Positions 42,266 through 52,458 of a stretch of 64,000 bases of DNA are shown piece by piece. Position numbers and translations under genes: made by a program. Each line of letters opens with the position of its first letter. Within the stretch, counting starts at the first letter, position 1. Under the pieces are notes generated by a model. The model worked only from the letters and a program-made list of their open reading frames with translations. It searched no databases and was not told the DNA's origin. Origin of the DNA: an uncultured Chroococcidiopsis sp. (GTDB lineage: Bacteria > Cyanobacteriota > Cyanobacteriia > Cyanobacteriales > Chroococcidiopsidaceae); NCBI GenBank assembly GCA_964248365.1, contig CAXTYC010000006.1, positions 64,001 through 128,000 on the forward strand, written 5' to 3'.

Positions 42266-43018
42266 TTGAACGGGAAAATTTTGGAAATTGAAGATTTAAC
42301 GGTTAGTTTTGACGGTTTCAAGGCACTCAATCAGCTAAACTTCAGCATAGATGTGGGTGAACTTAGGGTAGTAATTGGTCCAAATGGTGCTGGTAAAACG
42401 ACATTTCTAGATGCGATCACAGGCAAGGTAAAACCAACCAGGGGGCGGGTATTGTTCAAAGGACGTAACTTGCGCTCGCTATCAGAATATCAGATTGCCC
42501 GACTGGGCATCGGTCGCAAGTTTCAAACTCCCAGAGTGTACCTCAACTTAACGCCGCGTGAAAACCTATTTCTGAGTTGTAACCGGAAAAAAAATATTTG
42601 GGCAACTTTATTCGAGCGTCCAAGGGCGGCGGAACGCAAGACGGTTGCTGGTTTACTAGAAACAATTGGCTTAACCGCTAGTGCAGACATTGGGGCTGCC
42701 AAACTTTCTCATGGTGAAAAGCAACGTTTAGAAATTGGTATGCTAGTAGCTCAATCGCCAGATTTGCTACTGGTTGATGAACCTGTTGCTGGGTTGACAG
42801 ATGAAGAAACCGAGAACGTCGGCAATTTACTACTAGCCTTGGCTCAGAGCCATTCTATTATAGTGATTGAGCATGATATGGAATTTGTTCGTCAGATTGC
42901 CCGCAAAGTGACAGTTCTACATCAAGGTTCGGTTCTATGCGAGGGGAGTATCGAGCAAGTGCAAAACGATCCTCGTGTGATTGAAGTGTATTTGGGACAG
43001 CCAGAAACTGGTGTATAA
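42266..43018 (+). CDS. urtD: Urea ABC ATPase UrtD
   Basis: VSFDGFKA, GPNGAGKT, LSHGEKQ, DEPVAG motifs. Confidence 0.95.
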   Translation: MNGKILEIEDLTVSFDGFKALNQLNFSIDVGELRVVIGPNGAGKTTFLDAITGKVKPTRGRVLFKGRNLRSLSEYQIARLGIGRKFQTPRVYLNLTPRENLFLSCNRKKNIWATLFERPRAAERKTVAGLLETIGLTASADIGAAKLSHGEKQRLEIGMLVAQSPDLLLVDEPVAGLTDEETENVGNLLLALAQSHSIIVIEHDMEFVRQIARKVTVLHQGSVLCEGSIEQVQNDPRVIEVYLGQPETGV

Positions 43019-43070
43019 CTTCTGGCAAGGGAGAAGCCGAACAAATAAAATTATTTGACTATACCAAACT

Positions 43071-43096
43071 AAGTCCGTTGCAACGGGCTTTTTTTC
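43071..43096 (+). terminator. Rho-independent terminator after urtD
   Basis: AAGTCCGTTGCAACGGGCTT followed by a T-run. Confidence 0.7.
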
Positions 43097-43305
43097 ACCG
43101 AACCTTTGGCACAAAGGTTAATACCATTTAGGATTTTAGATTTTCGATTGGGAAAGGCAAGAGAGGCAAAGCTGCGATACAACTTCCAGGCGCAAGCTGG
43201 GTTAACGAGATAGTGCAAGTTGTGGTGTTAAGCACTACCTATGTTTGAGCAAAGGAAAATATATAGCAAATAATTCCCAATCCATTGACATATTTCTCAA
43301 TTAAA

Positions 43306-43333
43306 TTTACATTTATTTACATAATGTTACAAA
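43306..43333 (+). promoter_or_regulatory. Triple HLR1 (RpaB-binding) direct repeat
   Basis: TTTACATT-ta-TTTACATA-at-GTTACAAA matches (G/T)TTACA(A/T)(A/T)-N2 three times. Confidence 0.75.
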
Positions 43334-43344
43334 AAGAGATAAAC

Positions 43345-43515
43345 ATGAGATACACCACAGACGACCGAGGCGTTCTCAACAACTATGCAGCCGAACCCGC
43401 TGTTTACTTTGCCGAGTATCCATCCCAAGAGCAACAGCGCCGCTACGCTATTCAAGGCGCAGTAGCCATTATGTTTGTCACTGTGGCATTGTTAACCGCC
43501 TTTGCTGTCAGCTAG
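43345..43515 (+). CDS. psb34: Psb34 / Ssl1498-family PSII assembly protein
   Basis: MRYTTDDRGVLNNYAAEP.VY.AEYPS..QQRRY followed by one TM helix. Confidence 0.82.
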   Translation: MRYTTDDRGVLNNYAAEPAVYFAEYPSQEQQRRYAIQGAVAIMFVTVALLTAFAVS

Positions 43516-43639
43516 TAAATACACATCTGTTACAAACTGTCAATCACTAGCCTAAGCTAGTTATTGCTGCATTTGGTGTTTTGCTAGATCATCTTTGGTA
43601 TCAATCGCTATTAAGTCTAGTCAACAAAGGATATATGTT

Positions 43640-43885
43640 ATGAAAACTGATTTTGATATTGCTCGTAGCTACATTTTGGCAGCATCTGCGCCAACTGTAT
43701 TTAAGCCAGAATTCAACACTTTTGCAACCATCACAGCTAATCAAGCTTGGTCTTTGTTCTTTACCGCTGGTCGTAACGATGCTGCACTAGGTTCTAACCC
43801 AGAGTTGGGGAAATTCTTAAATAACATCTTGAAAGCAGTTGTTTTAGCAGTTGTTTTGGCAGGCTTGGCATTTCACTACAGATAA
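43640..43885 (+). CDS. Small hypothetical membrane protein
   Basis: AAAGGA SD-like sequence; ITANQAWSLFFTAG; C-terminal TM helix. Confidence 0.65.
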   Translation: MKTDFDIARSYILAASAPTVFKPEFNTFATITANQAWSLFFTAGRNDAALGSNPELGKFLNNILKAVVLAVVLAGLAFHYR

Positions 43886-44061
43886 AGGGGCTAGGGGCTA
43901 GGGGCTGGGGACTAGGAGAGAGATGGGGGATCTGGGGTAGCAAAGGGGATCTGGGGGGAAATTACCTTTTCCCTTTTTCCTTTTTCTAGCCTCTAGTTCC
44001 TCTGGTTCCTCTGGTTCCTCTGGTTCCTCTAGCAAGAGCGCCCCTAGCCTCCAGCCCCTCA

Positions 44062-46281
44062 CTACCATTGGAAGCCTGCCTCGATTAGCGACTGTGCTGC
44101 TTGACAATCCAAAGGCTTGGAAAAGAAGTATCCCTGACCAAACTCGCATCCCAAGGCTTTGAGTTGAGAAAATTGCCCAGCTGTTTCCACGCCTTCAGCA
44201 ACCACATCCATGCCTAAATTATGTGCCAGGGTGTTGATTGTCCGCACAATTTCAAAGTTTTCAGGATCACAGTTCATCCGACCAACAAAATGGCTATCAA
44301 TTTTCAAAGTATTAATTGGAAAACGATGCAAATAACTCAAGGATGAATAGCCTTTGCCAAAATCATCGATGCTGAGCTGAATCTTCCTAGCTCTAATTTG
44401 CGAGAGCATATTAATTGTCGCTTCCGTATCGTTTAGAAGCATACTTTCAGTAATTTCTAGCTTCAGATAACTGCCATCTAAACCAGTTTCAGCCAGAATG
44501 GAATCAATTTGCTTAATTAGTTTTGGCTGTTTGATTTGTTGGCTAGCAAGATTCACACTAATTTTTAAATTTGCGGCTGAGGGTAACTTGAGTTGCCATT
44601 CACGCATTTGACGACAAGCCTGACGCAAAACCCATTCGCCAATTGGTACGATCAACCCTATATCTTCGGCAATAGATATGAATTCACCAGGAGAGACTAA
44701 ACCTCGACTGGGATGTTGCCAACGTATCAATGCCTCAAAGCCCGTCAGGAAGCCAGTTACCAATGAAATAATCGGTTGGTAGTGCAGCACAAACTCTTGA
44801 CATTCGATCGCTTGCCTTAGTTCACTTTCCAGAAGCAAAAGCTTTAGTGTCCGAGCATACATTTCCTGATCGAAAATCGCATAACGAGCCTTGCCAGCTT
44901 CTTTGGCGCAATACATGGCAATATCAGCGTTGCGTAGTAGCTCTGCTGGACGCTCATATGCTGTAGAACCTAGAACAATGCCAATGCTGGCACTAGTGAA
45001 AATGGTGTGCTCCTCAAGCTGCAACGGCAGCATTAATTCTGCCTGAATGCGCTCAGCAATCACGATCGCATCATTGATGTGGTTGATATCTTCTAGTAGA
45101 ATAGTAAACTCATCCCCGCCAAAACGAGCGATCGCATCGGTAGAGCGTAAACATCGCTGCATTAGCTGGGCAAACTTAATCAGCAGTTGATCTCCTACAA
45201 TGTGTCCCAGGCTATCATTAATAATCTTGAAGCGGTCAAGGTCGATGAATAGGACGGCAAATAAATAATTAGCATCACATTTAGCTTGCCCCAGTGCGAG
45301 TTCGATCCGCTCGATAAAAAAGGTGCGATTGGGTAAACCTGTCAGGACATCATGCAAGGCATCATGAATTAACTGTTCCTCTGTCCGCTTGCGCTCGGTG
45401 ATGTCATAAATAATGCTGTCTAATCGAGTGGCAACGCCGTTATCGTCATAAATCACATGAGAGCGATCGCTTACCCATCGTACTGCACCATCGGAATGTA
45501 AAATTCTGTACTCCTGATTAATTTTGCCTTGCGTAAGCAGAGTTTGAACCGATTTATCGACTTGTTCGCGGTCTTCTGGATGAACTACTTCTAACCACAG
45601 ATTTGGTTGCTCGAAAAACTCCCAAATCGGTCGTCCATAAACCTTTTGGGCAGCGGGATTAAGGTAAAGCAATTTAAAAGTTTTAGCACAAGCAGACCGA
45701 ACAACTTCTTCGAGAGAATCTAGAATACTTTCGAGTCTTGCCTCACTCTGTTGCAGCCAATGTTGTGTCTGTCTGCGTGAGGCAATTTCTTGCTGTAACT
45801 GTTGATTAGCAGCTGCTAGTTGGGCGGTGCGTTGTTGCACTCGTTGTTCAAGTTCTGCATTTAGCTGGCGAATTTCTGCCTTGGCTACTTGTAAGGCGAG
45901 TTGACTTTTAATCCGAACTAAAACCTCTTCCACCTGAAAGGGTTTTGTGATATAATCTACTCCACCAACTTCAAAAGCTCTGACTTTATCAAGCACATCA
46001 TCCAAGGCACTCATAAAAATTACTGGAATGTCACGGGTTGCTGGTGCAGCTTTTAGTTGTTGACAAACGTGATACCCATCCATGTCTGGCATTTTGACAT
46101 CCAGTAAAATTAAATCTGGCGGTGCAGCCATAGCTCCCCTCAATGCCATAGTGCCGTTCTTGGCGCACCTGACTCCATAACCCTGCTCAGCCAGAGTAGC
46201 GGACAGGACACGCAGGTTATCAGGTAAATCATCAACAATTAAAATCATCGCCACAGAGGTATTCACTCGATGCCCATTCAT
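44062..46281 (-). CDS. REC-PAS-GGDEF-EAL c-di-GMP response regulator
   Basis: LILLDVKMP receiver; PAS (VHPEDRE); RSTD I-site plus [23 protein letters not shown]. Confidence 0.94.
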   Translation of the reverse strand: MNGHRVNTSVAMILIVDDLPDNLRVLSATLAEQGYGVRCAKNGTMALRGAMAAPPDLILLDVKMPDMDGYHVCQQLKAAPATRDIPVIFMSALDDVLDKVRAFEVGGVDYITKPFQVEEVLVRIKSQLALQVAKAEIRQLNAELEQRVQQRTAQLAAANQQLQQEIASRRQTQHWLQQSEARLESILDSLEEVVRSACAKTFKLLYLNPAAQKVYGRPIWEFFEQPNLWLEVVHPEDREQVDKSVQTLLTQGKINQEYRILHSDGAVRWVSDRSHVIYDDNGVATRLDSIIYDITERKRTEEQLIHDALHDVLTGLPNRTFFIERIELALGQAKCDANYLFAVLFIDLDRFKIINDSLGHIVGDQLLIKFAQLMQRCLRSTDAIARFGGDEFTILLEDINHINDAIVIAERIQAELMLPLQLEEHTIFTSASIGIVLGSTAYERPAELLRNADIAMYCAKEAGKARYAIFDQEMYARTLKLLLLESELRQAIECQEFVLHYQPIISLVTGFLTGFEALIRWQHPSRGLVSPGEFISIAEDIGLIVPIGEWVLRQACRQMREWQLKLPSAANLKISVNLASQQIKQPKLIKQIDSILAETGLDGSYLKLEITESMLLNDTEATINMLSQIRARKIQLSIDDFGKGYSSLSYLHRFPINTLKIDSHFVGRMNCDPENFEIVRTINTLAHNLGMDVVAEGVETAGQFSQLKALGCEFGQGYFFSKPLDCQAAQSLIEAGFQW

Positions 46282-49067
46282 AAAGTGGTAGCCTCTTGAG
46301 CGAGATTCATGATCTGATCGAAATCAAAGTCGTTGACTTTATCTAACAGCGCTTTAGCCAAGGGGTTATTTTCTTCAGGTATTTGCGCTACAAGCTGAGA
46401 AATCATCTCGGCATCTAATCTCGCTGCTGCTTGATGTAGCTTTTCCACCCACTCATTCGGCATTGTTTGAAAGGATGAACTTTGAAGGAGAAAGGCACAA
46501 TTAGTTTTTTCATCCTTGAGACTTTCTACTTCATCGTTTTGCTCATAGATGTAACGTACCCCTAGATAGTTCGCCATCTTTTCAAACAGCACATTCTCTT
46601 GGAACGGCTTACGCATAAAATCGTCACAACCTGCTGACAGCACGATCGCTCGTTCCTCTTCAAAGGCACTTGCCGTTAGAGCAATAATCACCGTCGCCTG
46701 TCCTTTTAGATGGGATTTAATCTGTTGAGTTGCTTCATAGCCATTTAAGACTGGCATTCGCATATCCATCCAGATCAGGTGCGGTTCCCAGCTTTCCCAC
46801 CTTGCGATCGCCTCTTGACCGTTTTGAGCTTCCCGCACTTGGAAGCCAATAGATGTGAGCAGTTTAGTCAGCAATAAGCGATTTGCAGGGCGATCGTCAA
46901 CCACCAAGATGCGATATTCCGGTTGATCAGCCTCCAAACCAATCACTCGCCGAGTTTGTTTCTGAGTTTGAATATTACCTGCATCAGCCAGCTTAACCTT
47001 GATGTCAAATCGGAAGGTTGTTCCTTGCCCCAATTTACTGCTAACCTTGATGTCTCCTCCCATCAGCTGCACAAACTTGCGGCTTATTGGTAAACCTAAC
47101 CCTGTTCCTTGTTGAGATTTCCGCCCTGTTTCTGTTTGCACAAACGGTTCAAACAAGCTTTCCATTTCATCAGGTGCAATGCCAGAACCAGTATCTTCTA
47201 CCTCGAACAAGAGGGGTAAGGGGCATCGCACTGCCATGCTCGTACCAGTAAGTAAGCAGTCGGTTTCTTGCCTCTTGCCTACGCCCACGCGAAGTGTCAC
47301 GCCGCCTTCTTGAGTAAATTTGATTGCGTTGCCCAAAAGATTAATCAAAACCTGGCGTAATTTGCGTTCATCTGTGCGTACATATTGGGGAACTTCTGGA
47401 CTACGTTCAAATAACAACTGTAAGCCTTGAGATTCGGCTTTAAGCTGCAACATCTCTTCAATTGTGTCTAGCATGGAATAGAGGTCGAAGTCATTTTCAT
47501 TGGCTAAGATCCGACCTGCCTCAATTTTGGACATTTCCAAAACGTCATTAATTAAGGACAGCAAATGCTCACCACTGCGATTAATGATGCCCAGATTTTC
47601 CTGCTGTTCTTTTTTGAGAGATGAGTCACGATTCATTAGTTGAGTGAAGCCAAGGATCGCATTCAGGGGAGTGCGAAGTTCGTGACTCATATTTGCCAGA
47701 AATTCGCTTTTAGCCTGATTAGCAGTTTCAGCGGCTTGTTTTGCTGCACCCAGTTCGGCAGTGCGTTGTTCAACTCGGTTTTCTAATTGCTCGAATGACT
47801 CTTTTAGCTGTAACGCCATTTGATTAAAAGAGTGGGACAAAACTCCCAACTCTTTAACACCCTTGATTTCTACCTGTTGCTCTAAGTCACCTTTGGCGAT
47901 CGCCCCAGAAGCTCGATTTAATCGATGGATTGGTTGGATAATCCATCTGGAGGTGATCATTCCCAAGACAGTTGCCACCAACAAAGCCACTAGACTAAGA
48001 ATAATTGTTGTGTGGGTGTTGGCGTTGATTTGCGCCATGAAGTCTGATTCTGGGACAACAACAACCACTAACCAATCCAGACCGAGTTTGTCGTGCCAAG
48101 GTTCAACATGGACAAACTGACGCTCACCTTTGAGTTTAAAATCTAGTTCAAGGCTTTCCTTAATATTTTTAAAATTACTAAAATTTTGCTGCAAATACTG
48201 GGCTGTAGATTGTATTAAGGAGTCACTACTGTTTAAGACGTTCAGCCGCTGTGCTTTGTCATTCAGGATAGCAGATGATTTTTCGAGGCTAGAATTAGCT
48301 ATCATCAGCCCGTTACGTTCTACAATAAAAACTTTTCCTGACGGGCTAACTTTTAAGTCGCGCAAGAAATTACTTATCTTAGATAACAGTAGATCAACGC
48401 CGATTACACCTATCGATTGATGATTTTTATCATAAATAGGACGGTTTGCAGAGATAGACAAATATTTTCCCGTCTTCGTATCATTCCAGGTGTAAACTTG
48501 ACTCCAAATGGGTTTACCTGCTTTAAGTGTTTGTGTATACCAAGCTTCTGTTTTATAATTGTATTTATCATAAAAATATCTAACCTTAGTGGGGTTTCCC
48601 TGTTTATCGGTCGCATAGGTGTAGTTTTTCCCGCTTGCATCGCGTGAGATACTAATAGTGACATCGGCATCGCCCTCCAAATACCCAGAGCCAGCATATT
48701 CGCCTGTTGCTAGTCCATAGTTGATATAGCTAACATTAAATACCTGCATTTGTTTCCAGAAAAAATGCCCTGATCTTTGAAGGTTGTGTATGTCAAGCAG
48801 TCCTAGGTTGATAGCATCTATATTGATTTGATTAATTTGATGAGGGGCTGCCAGGTAGGAATCAAGATGCTGATCAACTTGTTTGCTAGCTTTGTTCATT
48901 AGCTGGTTGGCAAGGTCATTGACAGCTTGTTGTCCATTGCGTAATGAGAAATACCCAGTCAGTCCCACAGCTGCAAAGATTTGCACCACAAAGGGAACCA
49001 CAAGAATGAGGCGCAGTGGCATTCCTTTGTAGCTGTTGGCAGAGGGGCTGTGGGTTCTGGGTAACAT
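46278..49067 (-). CDS. Hybrid sensor kinase (Cache-HAMP-HisKA-HATPase-REC)
   Basis: Two TM segments, periplasmic Cache-like domain, [22 protein letters not shown]. Confidence 0.93.
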   Translation of the reverse strand: MLPRTHSPSANSYKGMPLRLILVVPFVVQIFAAVGLTGYFSLRNGQQAVNDLANQLMNKASKQVDQHLDSYLAAPHQINQINIDAINLGLLDIHNLQRSGHFFWKQMQVFNVSYINYGLATGEYAGSGYLEGDADVTISISRDASGKNYTYATDKQGNPTKVRYFYDKYNYKTEAWYTQTLKAGKPIWSQVYTWNDTKTGKYLSISANRPIYDKNHQSIGVIGVDLLLSKISNFLRDLKVSPSGKVFIVERNGLMIANSSLEKSSAILNDKAQRLNVLNSSDSLIQSTAQYLQQNFSNFKNIKESLELDFKLKGERQFVHVEPWHDKLGLDWLVVVVVPESDFMAQINANTHTTIILSLVALLVATVLGMITSRWIIQPIHRLNRASGAIAKGDLEQQVEIKGVKELGVLSHSFNQMALQLKESFEQLENRVEQRTAELGAAKQAAETANQAKSEFLANMSHELRTPLNAILGFTQLMNRDSSLKKEQQENLGIINRSGEHLLSLINDVLEMSKIEAGRILANENDFDLYSMLDTIEEMLQLKAESQGLQLLFERSPEVPQYVRTDERKLRQVLINLLGNAIKFTQEGGVTLRVGVGKRQETDCLLTGTSMAVRCPLPLLFEVEDTGSGIAPDEMESLFEPFVQTETGRKSQQGTGLGLPISRKFVQLMGGDIKVSSKLGQGTTFRFDIKVKLADAGNIQTQKQTRRVIGLEADQPEYRILVVDDRPANRLLLTKLLTSIGFQVREAQNGQEAIARWESWEPHLIWMDMRMPVLNGYEATQQIKSHLKGQATVIIALTASAFEEERAIVLSAGCDDFMRKPFQENVLFEKMANYLGVRYIYEQNDEVESLKDEKTNCAFLLQSSSFQTMPNEWVEKLHQAAARLDAEMISQLVAQIPEENNPLAKALLDKVNDFDFDQIMNLAQEATTL

Positions 49068-49330
49068 ATTTGGTCTGAATCAACTCCTAGTTATTCATCT
49101 CAAACCACCGTCAAAATCTTGCTTGATGGTGTTACACTCATTACAATCTAGAGAATTGTTTTGTGGCATTAGAGATATTGCTGATCTTTGCTAAACTTTT
49201 TTGTGCAAGCTAGATGGTAACTACTAGAAACAGGCGATCGCACACTTTCTGGTATGGAAAATAACAGCGATCGCCGCCCAACGAGAATATAAAGGTAAGT
49301 TAAATCTAGATCTGCAAATAGCAAACTACT

Positions 49331-50032
49331 ATGCTGCAAGTCCAAAAATTAAATGTTTACTATGGCGAAAGTCATATTCTGCGCGATGTGGATCTGAATG
49401 TCGCTCAAGGACAAATGGTGTGCCTTATCGGACGCAATGGCGTGGGAAAAACGACTTTATTAAAGACAATTATGGGGTTAATTCAACCGCGTAGTGGCGC
49501 GATTGCTTTGGCTGGTGAACCGATAACTAAAAAATCCCCCGACAAAAGAGCAAAACTAGGCATTGGTTACGTTCCCCAAGGACGAGAAATTATCCCCCGC
49601 TTGAGTGTCAAGGAAAATTTATTGCTTGGGTTAGAAGCAAGACAAAAAGGGATTAAAGGGAATCAAGAAATTCCAGAAGGGGTTTTTGGGCTGTTTCCAG
49701 TCTTAAAATCAATGCTTTCGCGCATGGGAGGCGATTTAAGTGGAGGACAACAGCAACAACTGGCGATCGCTCGTGCTTTAATGGGACAACCCAGATTACT
49801 CGTATTAGACGAACCAACTGAAGGCATTCAACCTTCAATCATTTTAGAAATCGAGGCAGCAATTCGCAGCATTATTGCCTCAACTGGAATTTCAGTGCTA
49901 TTAGTAGAACAACACTTGCACTTTGTCCGCCAAGCAGACTGCTACTACGCGATGCAAAAAGGCGGTATCGTTGCTTCTGGTTTGACCAGTGAATTAAGCC
50001 AGGATGTAATTCAAAGATTTTTGGCAGTATGA
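49331..50032 (+). CDS. urtE: Urea ABC ATPase UrtE
   Basis: YYGESHIL, GRNGVGKT, YVPQGREI, LSGGQQQQ, DEPTEGIQP motifs. Confidence 0.95.
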   Translation: MLQVQKLNVYYGESHILRDVDLNVAQGQMVCLIGRNGVGKTTLLKTIMGLIQPRSGAIALAGEPITKKSPDKRAKLGIGYVPQGREIIPRLSVKENLLLGLEARQKGIKGNQEIPEGVFGLFPVLKSMLSRMGGDLSGGQQQQLAIARALMGQPRLLVLDEPTEGIQPSIILEIEAAIRSIIASTGISVLLVEQHLHFVRQADCYYAMQKGGIVASGLTSELSQDVIQRFLAV

Positions 50033-50172
50033 ATTGGGGGCTGGGGGCTAGGGGCTAGGGGCGAGTGTAAGAGGAGGGGGAGAGGGGGAAGCTCTTCACT
50101 CGCGTTGTGGGGATTAGAGGGCAAGGGGGAGAGTGGGAGAGGGGGAGAAGATGAGAAATCCTCTCTATTTGC

Positions 50173-50226
50173 TCTAGCCTCTAGCCTCTAGCCTCTAGCC
50201 TCTAGCCTCTAGCCCCTAGCCCCTAG
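50173..50226. repeat. STRR (TAGCCTC)n
   Basis: Tandem heptamers between convergent urtE and trpE. Confidence 0.9.
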
Positions 50227-50235
50227 TTCATATAT

Positions 50236-51768
50236 TCAACCTAGACAACGGATTGCTTCTAAAAGACCTTTGGCTTTGTTGAGGGTTTCCTCATATTCTT
50301 TTTCTGGGTCAGAATCGGCAACTAAACCAGCACCAGCTTGGACGCTAACGGTGTGATTGTGGAAAACCATTGTACGAATAGCGATCGCACTATTTAACTG
50401 TCCCTCAAAGTCATACCAGCCATAAACTCCAGAATACACCCCACGACGGCATTTTTCGAGTTCATAAATGATTTCCATTGCCCGAATTTTCGGTGCACCG
50501 CTGACAGTACCAGCTGGGAAGCAAGCTTTAAGTAAATCCCAAGCAGTTTTACCTGGGGCTAGTTCTCCCAGTACATTACTGACAATATGCATCACATGAG
50601 AATAGCGCTCGATCACCATTAATTCATCTACTTTTACCGTACCGCTTGTGCATACTCTACCCAAGTCATTACGACCTAAGTCAACTAGCATTACGTGTTC
50701 AGCAATTTCTTTGGGATCTTTGAGCAAATCCTCAGCCAGAGCTGCATCTTCTTGGGGTGTTTTACCTCTGGGGCGTGTCCCAGCAATGGGGCGCAAGGTA
50801 GCCACAACTCCACCATAGGAAGCGCGTTCTGCTTTTACCATCACTTCTGGACTGGAACCGATAATTTGCCAATCATTGAAGTGAAAATAAGCCATATAAG
50901 GCGAGGGGTTAATTAGTCGCAGCGAACGGTAAAGGGCAAAAGGGTCGCGGTCGTATTCGGTTGAGAGACGCTGGGAAAGGACAACTTGAAAGATGTCCCC
51001 AGCTTTTATGTATTCTTTTGCCTTTTGCACATTAGCGCAGAATTGTTCTTTGGTAACATTGCTGGTATAATTAGCCTGCGACTGTTGAGTTCCCCCCCCG
51101 CTCCCCCTGCTCTCTTCTGGGGAAGTCCATTCTAATACCGTATCTTGACTAGAAAGGGGTAGCTGTAGTTTGTTGACTAGTTTTGCAAGGCGATCGCAAG
51201 TTTGTTGGTATGCCTTTTCGATATCAACCCCAGTGTCACGTAAATCAGCATAGGCGATCGCCCAAATTTTTCGCTTTACCTGGTCAAAAATCAGCAACTG
51301 ATCTACTTGCATCCATAGTCCATCTGGTAAATCAGTTTCCGCCGCCTGATGCACTGGTACACGCGGTTCTATCCAGCGAATCAATTCATAACCCCAAAAC
51401 CCAAACAAACCGCCAATTCCAGGCGGTAGTTGGGGCAATTTCACCGGATGAAAGGGTTTTAGACACGAGGCTAAGGTTGTAAATGGGTCGCCTTCAAACA
51501 CTTCTTGCGAACCATCACGATAAGTTTGGGTAGTGCGATCGCCCCTTGCCTCCAAAATCCACAGCGGATCGCAACCAAGTATACTGTAACGTCCGATTTT
51601 CTCGCCGCCTTCTACCGATTCCAATAAAAAACTATAGGGCTGTCCGGCACAAACTTTGTACCATGCAGATACAGGAGTATCCAAATCTGCTACCCATTCT
51701 TGATATACCGGAACAAAATTACCCTGCCTAGCCCAAGCTGAAAATTGAGAAAAATCGGGGAAAATCAT
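50236..51768 (-). CDS. trpE: Anthranilate synthase component I
   Basis: LLESVE, GDIFQVV, NPSPY, PIAGTRPRG, AEHVMLVDLGRND, GAPKIRAM; start taken at MIFPDF. Confidence 0.95.
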   Translation of the reverse strand: MIFPDFSQFSAWARQGNFVPVYQEWVADLDTPVSAWYKVCAGQPYSFLLESVEGGEKIGRYSILGCDPLWILEARGDRTTQTYRDGSQEVFEGDPFTTLASCLKPFHPVKLPQLPPGIGGLFGFWGYELIRWIEPRVPVHQAAETDLPDGLWMQVDQLLIFDQVKRKIWAIAYADLRDTGVDIEKAYQQTCDRLAKLVNKLQLPLSSQDTVLEWTSPEESRGSGGGTQQSQANYTSNVTKEQFCANVQKAKEYIKAGDIFQVVLSQRLSTEYDRDPFALYRSLRLINPSPYMAYFHFNDWQIIGSSPEVMVKAERASYGGVVATLRPIAGTRPRGKTPQEDAALAEDLLKDPKEIAEHVMLVDLGRNDLGRVCTSGTVKVDELMVIERYSHVMHIVSNVLGELAPGKTAWDLLKACFPAGTVSGAPKIRAMEIIYELEKCRRGVYSGVYGWYDFEGQLNSAIAIRTMVFHNHTVSVQAGAGLVADSDPEKEYEETLNKAKGLLEAIRCLG

Positions 51769-51915
51769 AAACCAGATCTCAGGAGCCAGAATACAGAAGA
51801 CAGTAGGGTGGGCAATGCCCACCTTACGCTTGAAAAATCTAGGAACAAGCGCTTTCATTAGTTAGGAGACACAGAACTAAAGACTAAACAATCCCTAGTC
51901 CTGCGCCCCTAGCCC

Positions 51916-52374
51916 CTAATTGCCCCCACTTATAGTGCCGCTATTAGTTTCAGATTCGTAAGTTGTACGACCGCTGAACTTCAACTTAGCAGGGGCTGGG
52001 TTTCTGCCGATGTTGCGGTCTACGTAATTTACTTTTTCACGACCTGCATTTACTTTTTCTGGGAAGACACCATCAGCGGGATGCAGGTACTGCACTTCTC
52101 CGTTGGGATAAATGCGATAAATTTTGTAGTCTGTAATTTTGAACTTCGCACGTAATTGCTGACCACCCAAAGCAATCCCATATTCTTTACGGGCTAGATA
52201 TAGCAGGTTTTTGCCTTGCCGCATGGTAGCAGCGCCACCAGTGGGCATTTCAAACACTTGCTCTTTGGGGCTAGTCCACGTAATTGCGTACATTTCCTCT
52301 CTAAATGCCTTGGTTAGCAAGCCGCCAGTGCTGCCACCAAATAAAGGAGTTTGTCCAGAAAGTTCTTCTGCCAT
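51916..52374 (-). CDS. psaD: Photosystem I subunit II
   Basis: [30 protein letters not shown] motifs. Confidence 0.97.
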   Translation of the reverse strand: MAEELSGQTPLFGGSTGGLLTKAFREEMYAITWTSPKEQVFEMPTGGAATMRQGKNLLYLARKEYGIALGGQQLRAKFKITDYKIYRIYPNGEVQYLHPADGVFPEKVNAGREKVNYVDRNIGRNPAPAKLKFSGRTTYESETNSGTISGGN

Positions 52375-52458
52375 AAACAACTCACTCAAGGTTTTTAGGG
52401 CATCGTAGCACTGAGACTGCGCTCCTACAGCTACTGTGTTAAAAACCGTTACAGTTCG

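Noticed and set aside
43898..44149. 83-aa ORF with EEPEEPEE repeat
   Set aside because: Read-through of a GTTCCTCTG array overlapping the end of the EAL gene.
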